DNA from: an uncultured Muribaculaceae bacterium
GTDB taxonomy: Bacteria > Bacteroidota > Bacteroidia > Bacteroidales > UBA932
DNA length: 40,149 nt
Direction of reading: 5' to 3'
Assembly: GCA_964649555.1 (NCBI GenBank)
Contig: CAZYQA010000001.1
Coordinates: 1 to 40,149 of the forward strand
Part shown: piece after piece, positions 9,009-17,935 of the stretch
How positions within the stretch are numbered: position 1 is the first letter of the stretch
Layout of the letters: the number at the start of each line of letters is the position of its first letter
The notes under the pieces: model-generated
Databases searched by the model: none
Seen by the model: only the letters and a program-made list of their open reading frames with translations
What the model was told of the DNA's origin: nothing
Program-made: the position numbers and the translations under genes

Positions 9009-11357
9009 TTAATTTAGGTTTTTTATTCTTTGACTCTCTTCGCTTATGGATGAGTGGGATTTGTATTTGCTTTTTTGTTTGCTGAAGCGGTAGGTGAGTG
9101 ATAAATTTATGGTTGAGCGATCAAAATAATAGTGATAACCAATGTGTTGATTGTTAATGTTTGTATAAGTATTCATAGCGTCTGTTCTAAAGATGTCGTC
9201 CCACATAATGGTTGCGGTAAGCTGGTCATTGAAGAATGTTTTTCTAATTCCCGCATCCATTCTAAAAACGGGATCGTAATAGAAAATATTTTCTAAACCT
9301 TTTGTAAAGTATCTGACATTTGTGCTGAACTTAAATCCGTATGGAAGAGTAAAATCAAAACCTGAGTAGGCGTACCACATTGGCCGTTTTAGATTGGTAA
9401 CACCGGAATTTTTGTCATTTGTTATTGTATAAATCACTCCAGTGGCTAAGTAGCAGCTCACCCATCTGTTTTGGTACGGAATCGTTGCATCTATAGATAA
9501 TACATCTGATCTATTGATGTTTTTTTGTGTCACTTTTGTTAAAGCCGGATTCTGTTTGTCTTGTTCTATATACCATGCCAATAGGTTATCCTTTTTTGTG
9601 TAGCTTATTCCTAATGATAACATCTTCATGTATGATATTTTTAGAGTAAGAGCATGGCGAATTTCAGGCACCAGTTTTGGGTTTCCTTGAAAGTATGTAA
9701 GAGAATCCACATATTCAATAGCAGGGTTTAAATCCTGAAAAGTGGGACGGGAAATTTTCATTGCATACGAGAAGTTAAGATCCCAATTATTGTTGAAGTT
9801 GTAATTCAGATTTAAGCTGGGGAATAGATTAAGTTGGGAGGTATCTTGAACTATAATATTTGTTGTAGCATAATTGTCGCAAACCTCTGCTCTTGCTCCT
9901 AATTCTGCGTTTATCTTTCCAAAAGGCTTGGATATAATCAAGTATAGGGAGCCTAGATTCTCTTTATAATTGTAGTTTATATTGTGTATGGTGGATTGTT
10001 GGGATGATAAAAAGTTGCTACTATTATTCCTGATATTACTATATTTTATCCCTGCTTCCAATTTATAGTTTTTTGCAAGTGGGATAGTAATATCCGCTTT
10101 CAATGAGGTGATGCTGATATTCGTTTTAACATTGTTTTGTTTCATAATTGTACCTTTTTCCCCCTCTTCCTCAATATGGGCATCAGATTCGGTGTTATAT
10201 TGTGATTTATCAAATACTGTGTTTAGAATGAGACCGTTTGGAGATGGCTGGTAAGAATAGTATGCTGTCCCTGTAAGTAATCTGCGGTTGAACGGGCTTG
10301 TTTGCACGGATGATAATTTATTTGTTGGATATGCATGAATATCGCTATGTTGATATGTGTTGCTAAGCTGATTTTTGGCATTATTGCCATCAGAGAAATT
10401 TCCGCTAAACTGCAATCCTGCTTTATGTTTGCTAGAAATATTATAATCTGTAGATAATCTAACTCTGTGATTGGCTTGTGTCTTATTGGTACTCTCGATG
10501 TCTATTAGCTCATATACAGGAGATGTTTCATTTGTGTAATCTCTGATATATGATTCTGTATAATATTTTTTAGATTGAGAATATGTGTAGAATCCATAGA
10601 ATGATAGCTTAGATGTTTTTGCCGAGACTTCAGCTCCTATATTGGGGCTCCAGTATTCACCTTTACTCATTCGCCCTGTTATCTCGGCTCCAATACCGTA
10701 GTTTTTAGCTTTTTTAGTGTATATTTCAATTACTGCTTTCCCTTTTGCATCATATTTTGAAGAGGGATTTGTTATAATATCTATCTTTTGAATCTCGGAA
10801 GATGATAGCATTTCCAGAGATTGATTGCCTGGAATCTCTCGTCCATCTATAAGAATTATTGCATTGCCCACCCCTAATACAGATACTCCGTTCTCTTCTA
10901 TCTTTACTCTGGCCGCTTTTTGTAATACATCTACTGCAGAGCCGGATTCGCCCAGTATTGTACCACTCACATTTAATGTAATATTGCCGTTTTTCATGTT
11001 GAACATAGGTGTAGATGCCTGTACAACTACTTCACTTAGTAAATTCAGTTGGGGCACAAGTTTAATTTCAGAAAGATGTTGATCGGAAGATATTACTGAT
11101 ATTAAAGTATCCATATATCCAAAGGAGCTTATTTTTAATAATATTGGAACCTGATTGGTTTGTATTGAAAAATCGGGATCCAAAAAGAAATCATATTTGA
11201 CAATGGTTGAATCTTTGGGCGATATTAATATTGCGCTATACCCTTCGAGAGGCGAATTATTTTCTGATACCACTCTGCCGGATATTTTTTGCATAGATTG
11301 GGGAGTAACCAGATAAGATAATAGGATAAAAAAAAGAAAGATAATTTTAGTTTTCAT
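9009..11357 (-). CDS. Outer-membrane beta-barrel protein with N-terminal carboxypeptidase-regulatory-like and plug-like regions (TonB-dependent-receptor-like)
   Basis: 782 aa. Has a signal peptide, an ISGRVV..NN.PLEGYSA CarboxypepD_reg-like start, and a plug-like VSVLGVGNAIILIDGREI segment. A long alternating beta-strand region ends in an aromatic-rich barrel terminus (LSLTYRF). Confidence 0.75.
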   Translation of the reverse strand: MKTKIIFLFFILLSYLVTPQSMQKISGRVVSENNSPLEGYSAILISPKDSTIVKYDFFLDPDFSIQTNQVPILLKISSFGYMDTLISVISSDQHLSEIKLVPQLNLLSEVVVQASTPMFNMKNGNITLNVSGTILGESGSAVDVLQKAARVKIEENGVSVLGVGNAIILIDGREIPGNQSLEMLSSSEIQKIDIITNPSSKYDAKGKAVIEIYTKKAKNYGIGAEITGRMSKGEYWSPNIGAEVSAKTSKLSFYGFYTYSQSKKYYTESYIRDYTNETSPVYELIDIESTNKTQANHRVRLSTDYNISSKHKAGLQFSGNFSDGNNAKNQLSNTYQHSDIHAYPTNKLSSVQTSPFNRRLLTGTAYYSYQPSPNGLILNTVFDKSQYNTESDAHIEEEGEKGTIMKQNNVKTNISITSLKADITIPLAKNYKLEAGIKYSNIRNNSSNFLSSQQSTIHNINYNYKENLGSLYLIISKPFGKINAELGARAEVCDNYATTNIIVQDTSQLNLFPSLNLNYNFNNNWDLNFSYAMKISRPTFQDLNPAIEYVDSLTYFQGNPKLVPEIRHALTLKISYMKMLSLGISYTKKDNLLAWYIEQDKQNPALTKVTQKNINRSDVLSIDATIPYQNRWVSCYLATGVIYTITNDKNSGVTNLKRPMWYAYSGFDFTLPYGFKFSTNVRYFTKGLENIFYYDPVFRMDAGIRKTFFNDQLTATIMWDDIFRTDAMNTYTNINNQHIGYHYYFDRSTINLSLTYRFSKQKSKYKSHSSISEESQRIKNLN

Positions 11358-11382
11358 GTTTGTTTTGCATTTGAATTTTTAG

Positions 11383-11390
11383 CAAACATA
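11383..11390 (-). promoter_or_regulatory. Candidate Bacteroides-type -7 promoter box (TATGTTTG) for the beta-barrel gene
   Basis: The minus strand reads TATGTTTG, matching TAnnTTTG, 26-33 nt upstream of ATG 11357. This is a motif match only. Confidence 0.3.
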
Positions 11391-11525
11391 AACTCCAGAA
11401 TATATCTATGAAAATAATAGGGATAGGTATAATGTTTTAGTGATATTATACACTTTAGTGCACTTTATCCCACAATTTTGGGATAATTGACAAAGCGAAA
11501 AATGTGAAAACCTAGAGTGAAACTA

Positions 11526-12392
11526 CTAGATTGCGTCCTTAATATCTTTTAAATATGTACGCGAAACAGGGATTTCAGAAGAGGTATAGTTCAGAGTTAG
11601 GAGATAGCCTTGTGCATTCCCTTTTGTACTTAAAATAAAGTTGGTATTTACAATGAAAGCACGATGACATCTAATAAGCATTGGGAAATTTTGTAGCGAT
11701 TCTTCCAATTGCTTTATTGTGGAACGAAGTAACTTATTAGTTGTCATATTTTGTTGCCTATAAAATATATTGACATAATTACCCTCCGATTCAATGTATA
11801 AAATATCTTCGGGGTTTAGAGTTATTGATTCTTTGACAGAGCCTTTTAATGTTATAATTTTGTCATCATCCTTTGATAATGCTTTTACTCTTTCTGAAAG
11901 GATTTGATTTATCTCATTTGAGCTAGTTAGATTACGTTTTAATGAGCTGTTTTGGATAATTATTGTTATTATGCTCAATGGAATGATACCGATAGTTAGT
12001 GTTGCAAATAGATCAATTAAGAACCCCATTGGGAAATATTGCGGAAGTTGATTAGTTATGATAAAGTAGTCATAGCAAACGATGCCCACACCCATAATAA
12101 GCAAGAGGTAAAAATTGTTCAATAAACTTTTGCCAATAGTCCATCTGATTGGGTTGTAAAAATTCTTGAATATCAGAGGTAAAAGCACAAATGAGATGGA
12201 TGTAAAAATCAGTGTAGTGATAACAAACCCAATCAACACCCAAAACTGATTAATAGAGTTAAGCCTAAAATTAAAAGGCTCAAATATGGCTAAAATAAAA
12301 AATACGACAACAGCGCATATCAATACTGATAACCATGGCTTATTATTTATTGAGGCAGGCTGAGATAAATATCTTAAAACTTTATTTCTCAT
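11526..12392 (-). CDS. Membrane-tethered LytTR-family DNA-binding protein
   Basis: The N-terminal half has about 4-5 TM helices. The C-terminal roughly 100 aa is LytTR-like (ILYIESEGNYVNIFY...LRSTIKQLEE.L....FIRCHRAFIVN). No receiver domain is present. I chose ATG 12392 over TTG 12413. Confidence 0.75.
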   Translation of the reverse strand: MRNKVLRYLSQPASINNKPWLSVLICAVVVFFILAIFEPFNFRLNSINQFWVLIGFVITTLIFTSISFVLLPLIFKNFYNPIRWTIGKSLLNNFYLLLIMGVGIVCYDYFIITNQLPQYFPMGFLIDLFATLTIGIIPLSIITIIIQNSSLKRNLTSSNEINQILSERVKALSKDDDKIITLKGSVKESITLNPEDILYIESEGNYVNIFYRQQNMTTNKLLRSTIKQLEESLQNFPMLIRCHRAFIVNTNFILSTKGNAQGYLLTLNYTSSEIPVSRTYLKDIKDAI

Positions 12393-12529
12393 TGAAAACT
12401 TATTGTGTGGCAAAGTTATTCATTCCTGATAAATTATCAATTATTTATCTACATTTGCTTTTGTGTTGTGCGCTCTTGTTGTATGTGTATATAGAAGTAC
12501 TGTAAGAGAGTAAAGGTTAAGTTTGAGAA

Positions 12530-14323
12530 CTACAGGGTTTTCTGCAAATATAATAATTGCATCTGCATTTTTTTTGCAGACTTGTCATTTGGCTGAACCT
12601 TTAAATAGCGATTAATTACATCTATAGCATCTGTATATCTATTCATATTGGCAAGTATGATTGCCTTATATGGCATTGCTCCTTCAAATTTATGACACAT
12701 ATCAATTGCACTTAACGCATTTTCCCACTCTTGTTGTTCAAGATAGCTACGAGCAAGAAATAGGTTGATTATATCTTTATCATAGAGCAGCTTCCTTTTA
12801 TCTTGAACTCTTGAATATTGCTGATCAAACAGCACAGATGCTTGCTTGAATGATTTAATAGCTTGATAATATATTTCATTGTCAAAGTAAGCAAGACCAA
12901 TGTTTTTAGAGAGGACCCATTGTTGATTTAATATTGCAGTGTCTATTCGTTGCATTTCCGCGAGTGATTCTTTTCTTTTTCCTAGCTTAGATAGGATTTC
13001 AGCACGAGTATTTATCATTTGCCAGTCACGGCATTGGCTATGTTTATCAACTATTTGCCACGCTTTATTGATTTGACCTTTTTGAAGAAATATTGTTGCA
13101 TAGGAAAGTGAAGATTGTGGGTCTTGGTGAAAATATTGGTAATTATATTTGGCGAAAGTTTCTGGGTTTTCAAATATTTTTGCTCTATTTATGTTGATTA
13201 CTGCAAAAATGATAATGACACAAGATAATATTGAAAATATAATTTTTTGCATTTTTATTCCCGACAACACGTCGCCAAGGATTATGAATAGACCAACGCT
13301 AGGAAATAGGAAACGGTGCGAAAGATAGTCGATATTTTGCATGGACGATATGAGTAGGGGGGACATTCCCATAAAGTACCACAAGGCGTAAAACCAGCGT
13401 TCACGGCTTGTACGATATGTTCCATATACCGCATAAATAATAAGCAATATACAAATCAATATGCCTAGCATGATTTTTAACGGTGATATATCTACCTTGA
13501 GTGCGAATTGGAATGGCACTAAAATTTGTGAAAGGCTATCTATTTGCGAAAGTATATTTTGCCGTAAAAGTGCAAGGTAATTTACTGTTTGTCCCTCTTG
13601 CTTCAACACTATTTCAGGTATTGGCAGCACTACAGAGCGAAGTATTAAATATCCAACTGTGATTGCAGTTAATGAGCCTATTAAGATTATATGATAAGGA
13701 GTGTATCCTTTAGATTTGATTGCCCACAGATAAGCAATCGATAGCGGAATTAGAGCTACTGCGCTCTCTTTACAACCTATTGCAAAGATGAATAATATTG
13801 CTATTATGCAAATTCTAAGCATATTAGGTTTTTTACAATAGTTGATAAAAAGTAACCATGCAGAAAGAGAAAACATAGTCATTAGTAGGTAATCACGTGA
13901 AGCAATCCACACCACTGAAGGTGTAAATATTGGGTGTACGACAAATATAAATGTGCACAGGAGTGCTATCCTTTTCGATATTTCTGTTTTGAGTAATATT
14001 AACCACATCAGTAATGCGATGATGGCAAAAATTATAGCATTTGTCTTATGGTATGCATATTCTGAAGTTGATCCAAAAATGTGTGGTTCAATGTAAAATG
14101 ATAGTGAATTTATTGGTCTGTAATAGTTTGATTCGTATGATATGTATGTATCGGTTGTAAATATTGTTTTCAGATCTACCGGCTCGCTCCAGAATTTTTT
14201 CTGACTTGTAACTATTCTGTTGTCGTCAAAATCTATTGTTGAGAAGCTGAATGACGGTAAATAAATACCAATAGCCACCAAAATTAGGGCTATTGGTATT
14301 AGAAGTTTATCTCTCATTTGCAT
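12530..14323 (-). CDS. TMTC/PMT-like GT-C fold glycosyltransferase with C-terminal TPR repeats
   Basis: About 597 aa. The N-terminal polytopic region has the family-typical loop DFDDNRIV and YYRPINSLSF motifs. The soluble C-terminal 200 aa or so is TPR-like helical repeats. The start is ambiguous (ATG 14323 or 14317; the ORF track uses TTG 14329). It lies only 8-14 nt downstream of the preceding pilin-like gene. Confidence 0.7.
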   Translation of the reverse strand: MQMRDKLLIPIALILVAIGIYLPSFSFSTIDFDDNRIVTSQKKFWSEPVDLKTIFTTDTYISYESNYYRPINSLSFYIEPHIFGSTSEYAYHKTNAIIFAIIALLMWLILLKTEISKRIALLCTFIFVVHPIFTPSVVWIASRDYLLMTMFSLSAWLLFINYCKKPNMLRICIIAILFIFAIGCKESAVALIPLSIAYLWAIKSKGYTPYHIILIGSLTAITVGYLILRSVVLPIPEIVLKQEGQTVNYLALLRQNILSQIDSLSQILVPFQFALKVDISPLKIMLGILICILLIIYAVYGTYRTSRERWFYALWYFMGMSPLLISSMQNIDYLSHRFLFPSVGLFIILGDVLSGIKMQKIIFSILSCVIIIFAVININRAKIFENPETFAKYNYQYFHQDPQSSLSYATIFLQKGQINKAWQIVDKHSQCRDWQMINTRAEILSKLGKRKESLAEMQRIDTAILNQQWVLSKNIGLAYFDNEIYYQAIKSFKQASVLFDQQYSRVQDKRKLLYDKDIINLFLARSYLEQQEWENALSAIDMCHKFEGAMPYKAIILANMNRYTDAIDVINRYLKVQPNDKSAKKMQMQLLYLQKTL

Positions 14324-14337
14324 AATCAACTATACAT

Positions 14338-16323
14338 CTAAAAGAAAGAAATTGCTCGAATCTTGTAATTGGCACTCTTCATTTGGATACTCTGGGTATA
14401 ATCTGCAAAAGAAAATACATGAGCGCTAAAATTATCTGATTCTCGTGAAGTCCAATATGCACTGTCTGAAATTTGAGTTGCAGAAGCAGCAGCAAGTGCT
14501 ACGTTAATTATATCCTTTTTCAGATTAAGAGCCTCTAAAGTGCCTGCAACAGGCAAATGCCAGTTGAGGCCACTTATATTAGCTGTATTCTTTGCATCGC
14601 ACCAAGCAAAGGCTGGATAATTTGACAATGTGAAATAATTCTTTATCGTTTCCATATTTTCTATGCCGTTAAAATCATTTTGAGCGAATGTATTCTCTTT
14701 TAATGTACTCCATGGTGCAGTAGTTTCGTCTAAAGATACAATTATGCCTTTGGTTGCATCTGCCGGGTCTACATAAAATACTACACCTATTGCAGTTGCC
14801 ATATCTGTAGGATTAGGGTAAAAGTCACCCACTGTATATCTCTGATAGTTGACTTTTGAAAAAAAACGGACATTGTAGGAATCAGAATCTGCGATAGCAT
14901 ACTCACTGCTTGATAGATTTATGTAAAATCTATATGCACCATCAATGGTTGATGACCAATATCTAGAGTCATAATCTCCTATGTATTCTAATTTTATCCC
15001 ACCTGCATCTGCAATTTTTGTATTAAATTCATCTCGCTGGGTTGCTGTTGAGCTGAAATGAGGCATTTCTGCAAGTTCATCCCATAATTGACCATCTATA
15101 TAAGGTTTATCTGATTGTAATGTAACATTTAATCCACTCATTGCTCCATATACCATCAGCCACTCATTGATTGATGGAACATACCACGTAAGACCGCCTG
15201 TTGTTGGAAGTGATAATTTGCCTATATTATTGCCGGAACTTAACATCTGCTCGAATGACATAAGAAGAAATTTCGTTCCCTTTTTAGTTATCGCATTATA
15301 GCTATCATGCGCTGGGTCTACATAAGCAACAATTCCTGCAGGAGAAACGGCATTGGGATATAAGTCACCAACGGCATATGAAATGACTCCAAAATTCTTG
15401 TCATTATCAGGTGTTGCCCATGAATCATCACAAGTTACGGAGAATGTTTCAGATGTAAGGTTTGTATAGTGCCCAATAATGTTGGTTGTGTAGTTGGCTT
15501 GGAATGGTACGTTATCAATCTCAAACTCAGATTCTTTAGTGGTTTTGGCAGTGATATCACACTTGAAGGTTACTTTTGCTATATATTGAGTAGCAGCAGG
15601 TGTAAGTATGAAGAAATTTATGCTATTTAGTATCACTGGGGTATCTTTGGTTCCCGATATTGCTTCTGTAAGGGTGATTGTTTCTGTGCGAGATTTAAGG
15701 TTTACATCAGAAGTACCTCTTACTATATCTCCATTAGATACGTTAAACACTGTTGGCTGAACAAAAGTTGCTGTTAAGGTTGTGTTTGCAATGATTTTTC
15801 CTATCTCTTTGAGATTTAGTTTCGCTACTGCACGTTTAAGGGTGATTGTTTGTGTCGCATTCTTACCATTTATTATTCCTGTGCCAAACCATGCTTCGGC
15901 AGGGGTTTTGCTCTCCTTTAAGGTTACAGCTTTAAGCGTTGTGGTGGTGTAAGCTTTATCCACTGCAACTACCACATCTTTATCTGCCCAGAACAGACAG
16001 TAGTAATTAACTGTGCGGTCAAGAATCATCGAGAAACTGCCGTTCGTAGATGTCGCTTGGTTAGTTTTGTTCTCTCCCTCGCCAAAGATGTTTGCAGGAG
16101 TGGTATATGTAGCATCGCTATACACCTCCATAATATATTGTGCAATGCCTATTGCATCGGCACGTGTACCTACTGCATCATTCGCTACAATGTTCAAGGT
16201 TACATGCTGTGTGCCCTCTGTTTCGACCTCTGCGAGGTCGCTCTTTTGGCAACTTACCAAAAAACCAATGCACAATGCACAATTCATAATACATAATGCG
16301 ATGTTTTTTATCTTTCTATTCAT
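14338..16323 (-). CDS. Pilin-like (fimbrillin/Mfa-like) lipoprotein with two C-terminal DUF1566-type modules
   Basis: 661 aa. Has a lipobox (FLVSC), a conserved TRA after a roughly 35-aa prosegment, and YIMEVY / CLFWAD pilin-like strands. Two modules each contain GIV(A/F)YVDP..., W(Y/H)(V/L)P...(E)(W/A)L and a terminal R.I/F motif typical of DUF1566 (Lcl C-terminal domain). Confidence 0.65.
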   Translation of the reverse strand: MNRKIKNIALCIMNCALCIGFLVSCQKSDLAEVETEGTQHVTLNIVANDAVGTRADAIGIAQYIMEVYSDATYTTPANIFGEGENKTNQATSTNGSFSMILDRTVNYYCLFWADKDVVVAVDKAYTTTTLKAVTLKESKTPAEAWFGTGIINGKNATQTITLKRAVAKLNLKEIGKIIANTTLTATFVQPTVFNVSNGDIVRGTSDVNLKSRTETITLTEAISGTKDTPVILNSINFFILTPAATQYIAKVTFKCDITAKTTKESEFEIDNVPFQANYTTNIIGHYTNLTSETFSVTCDDSWATPDNDKNFGVISYAVGDLYPNAVSPAGIVAYVDPAHDSYNAITKKGTKFLLMSFEQMLSSGNNIGKLSLPTTGGLTWYVPSINEWLMVYGAMSGLNVTLQSDKPYIDGQLWDELAEMPHFSSTATQRDEFNTKIADAGGIKLEYIGDYDSRYWSSTIDGAYRFYINLSSSEYAIADSDSYNVRFFSKVNYQRYTVGDFYPNPTDMATAIGVVFYVDPADATKGIIVSLDETTAPWSTLKENTFAQNDFNGIENMETIKNYFTLSNYPAFAWCDAKNTANISGLNWHLPVAGTLEALNLKKDIINVALAAASATQISDSAYWTSRESDNFSAHVFSFADYTQSIQMKSANYKIRAISFF

Positions 16324-16358
16324 ATTTTTCTGTTTTAATTATTTCTGTTTTTTTCGGG

Positions 16359-16395
16359 ACGGCAAAGCCGCCAAAGGGGTAAAGCACTTTGCCGT
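16359..16395 (-). other. GC-rich intercistronic hairpin between two pilin-like paralogs
   Basis: 9-bp perfect stem ACGGCAAAG (16359-16367) / CTTTGCCGT (16387-16395) in an otherwise AT-rich 100-nt spacer. No U-tract follows it on the transcribed (minus) strand. Confidence 0.4.
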
Positions 16396-16423
16396 TCGGC
16401 TCGTTGCTAAGTGCATTACGGCA

Positions 16424-17887
16424 CTATTCTATATCCCTAACTAAACGCACTCGGTCGTTGCTAGTCTTGCTGTTGGTGCTCGAGATGCCGTAGCTGAAGT
16501 TGACACACATATTGGTGCCCGTGTAGCTCTCCGTAGCAGACTTATAGAAGTCCGAAGCCAACATTGTGCCTCCTGCGGTTGTTATTATGAGATTATTAGC
16601 TGGCTGGTTTGTATCCCACCATGAGTATAATTTCATTAACTCATCTTTGGCAGGTAGATACCACGGACCGTTAACATCGCTGTCATTCTTCTCATAAGCA
16701 AAATTGAAGGCATAATAGTTAGTTGCAAAATCTACTTCATCCTTTCTCAGTGTAATTAGATTCTTTGTTGCGGTCTTTCCGTCTGCGTCACTGCGGATAC
16801 CGTCAACTCCAGCTTCATGTTCATTGATATCTTGAGGACCCCATTCGCCTCGTCCCTCATCCAACGATACGATTTTGCCTTTAGTGGCATCGGCCGGGTC
16901 TACCCAAAAGACAATACCTATAGCTGTTTTTGTATTGTCATATGCAGCAGAGAATGTATTATCCGAGTAGTAGTAGTCGCCAACTGCTACGGGTTTTGGG
17001 AATACCTCATTATTGTCAGGAGTCTCCCACGCATCGTCGCAAGTAACCGAAAGGGTTGTTTCGTAAAGGTTAGAGTATGCACCTTTGATGTTGGTTTTGT
17101 AGTTACGTTGGAAAGGTACGTTTGCAATGTTTTTTACTACCTCGCTGTTGAAAGTAGCTGTAATATCCATCACTGTTTGAGTTGCATCGGTCGCAATGAT
17201 GTAGCTTGTACCGATGGTTTGATCTTTCGATGCCTTGGCAATAGATGTAAAGGAGTGAGTAGCCTTTACTGATGCTGACTCTGACTGTATCTCGGTAGCT
17301 ACATTGCCGTCGAGATTTATTGAGTATGTTTTGGGGAGCTCAACTGTAAGAGAGTTGCCATCAGCCATGAAATCTTCGGTCTGTTTGTAGTTCACTTGTG
17401 CAACGCTGTGGGTAAGAGTTGGGGTAAGGTAAGGCTTCGTTGCTGCTTTGCTGTCGTAGGTGAAGCGCACCAAACCGCCAAATGCCATCTTTGTAGCCTG
17501 ACCTACAATTGATACTTTTTTTAGGTCAGCAGCAGCATATTCGTTAGTTGCTCCATCATTCGTACTTCCATAGTCAGCCCAGAACAGACACGCATAGGTT
17601 ACTCCCTCTTTCAAGATAACTGTAAACGAGCCTGTCGCCTCTTCGTAACGTTGTTGGGGCGTACCGCTAACTGCTGCATCCGCTGTTGCAACCTCATACA
17701 CCTCCATAATGTAGCGTGTAGGGGGTGTGGCTGGAGGTGTTATCGCACGAGTTTCTACACCGTCATTCACCTCGATACTGAATGTTGCTTTACTGTCAGG
17801 AGCATTCGATAGTTCCGAATCCTCTTTTTGGCAACTCGAGAATATTGCTGCGATGCCAAGTGCCATTATTAAAAGTTTTGTTTTCAT
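16424..17887 (-). CDS. Pilin-like lipoprotein with one C-terminal DUF1566-type module
   Basis: 487 aa. Has a lipobox (IFSSC), ETRA, YIMEVYEV, and CLFWADYG. The C-terminal module reads VGDYYYSDNTFSAAYDNTKTAIGIVFWVDPADATKGKIVSLDE ... PWYLPAKDELMKLY ... VRLVRDIE. Confidence 0.65.
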   Translation of the reverse strand: MKTKLLIMALGIAAIFSSCQKEDSELSNAPDSKATFSIEVNDGVETRAITPPATPPTRYIMEVYEVATADAAVSGTPQQRYEEATGSFTVILKEGVTYACLFWADYGSTNDGATNEYAAADLKKVSIVGQATKMAFGGLVRFTYDSKAATKPYLTPTLTHSVAQVNYKQTEDFMADGNSLTVELPKTYSINLDGNVATEIQSESASVKATHSFTSIAKASKDQTIGTSYIIATDATQTVMDITATFNSEVVKNIANVPFQRNYKTNIKGAYSNLYETTLSVTCDDAWETPDNNEVFPKPVAVGDYYYSDNTFSAAYDNTKTAIGIVFWVDPADATKGKIVSLDEGRGEWGPQDINEHEAGVDGIRSDADGKTATKNLITLRKDEVDFATNYYAFNFAYEKNDSDVNGPWYLPAKDELMKLYSWWDTNQPANNLIITTAGGTMLASDFYKSATESYTGTNMCVNFSYGISSTNSKTSNDRVRLVRDIE

Positions 17888-17935
17888 ACTTTTTTTTAAA
17901 ATAATTGTTACTATTTTGTTTTAAATTATTACTTA

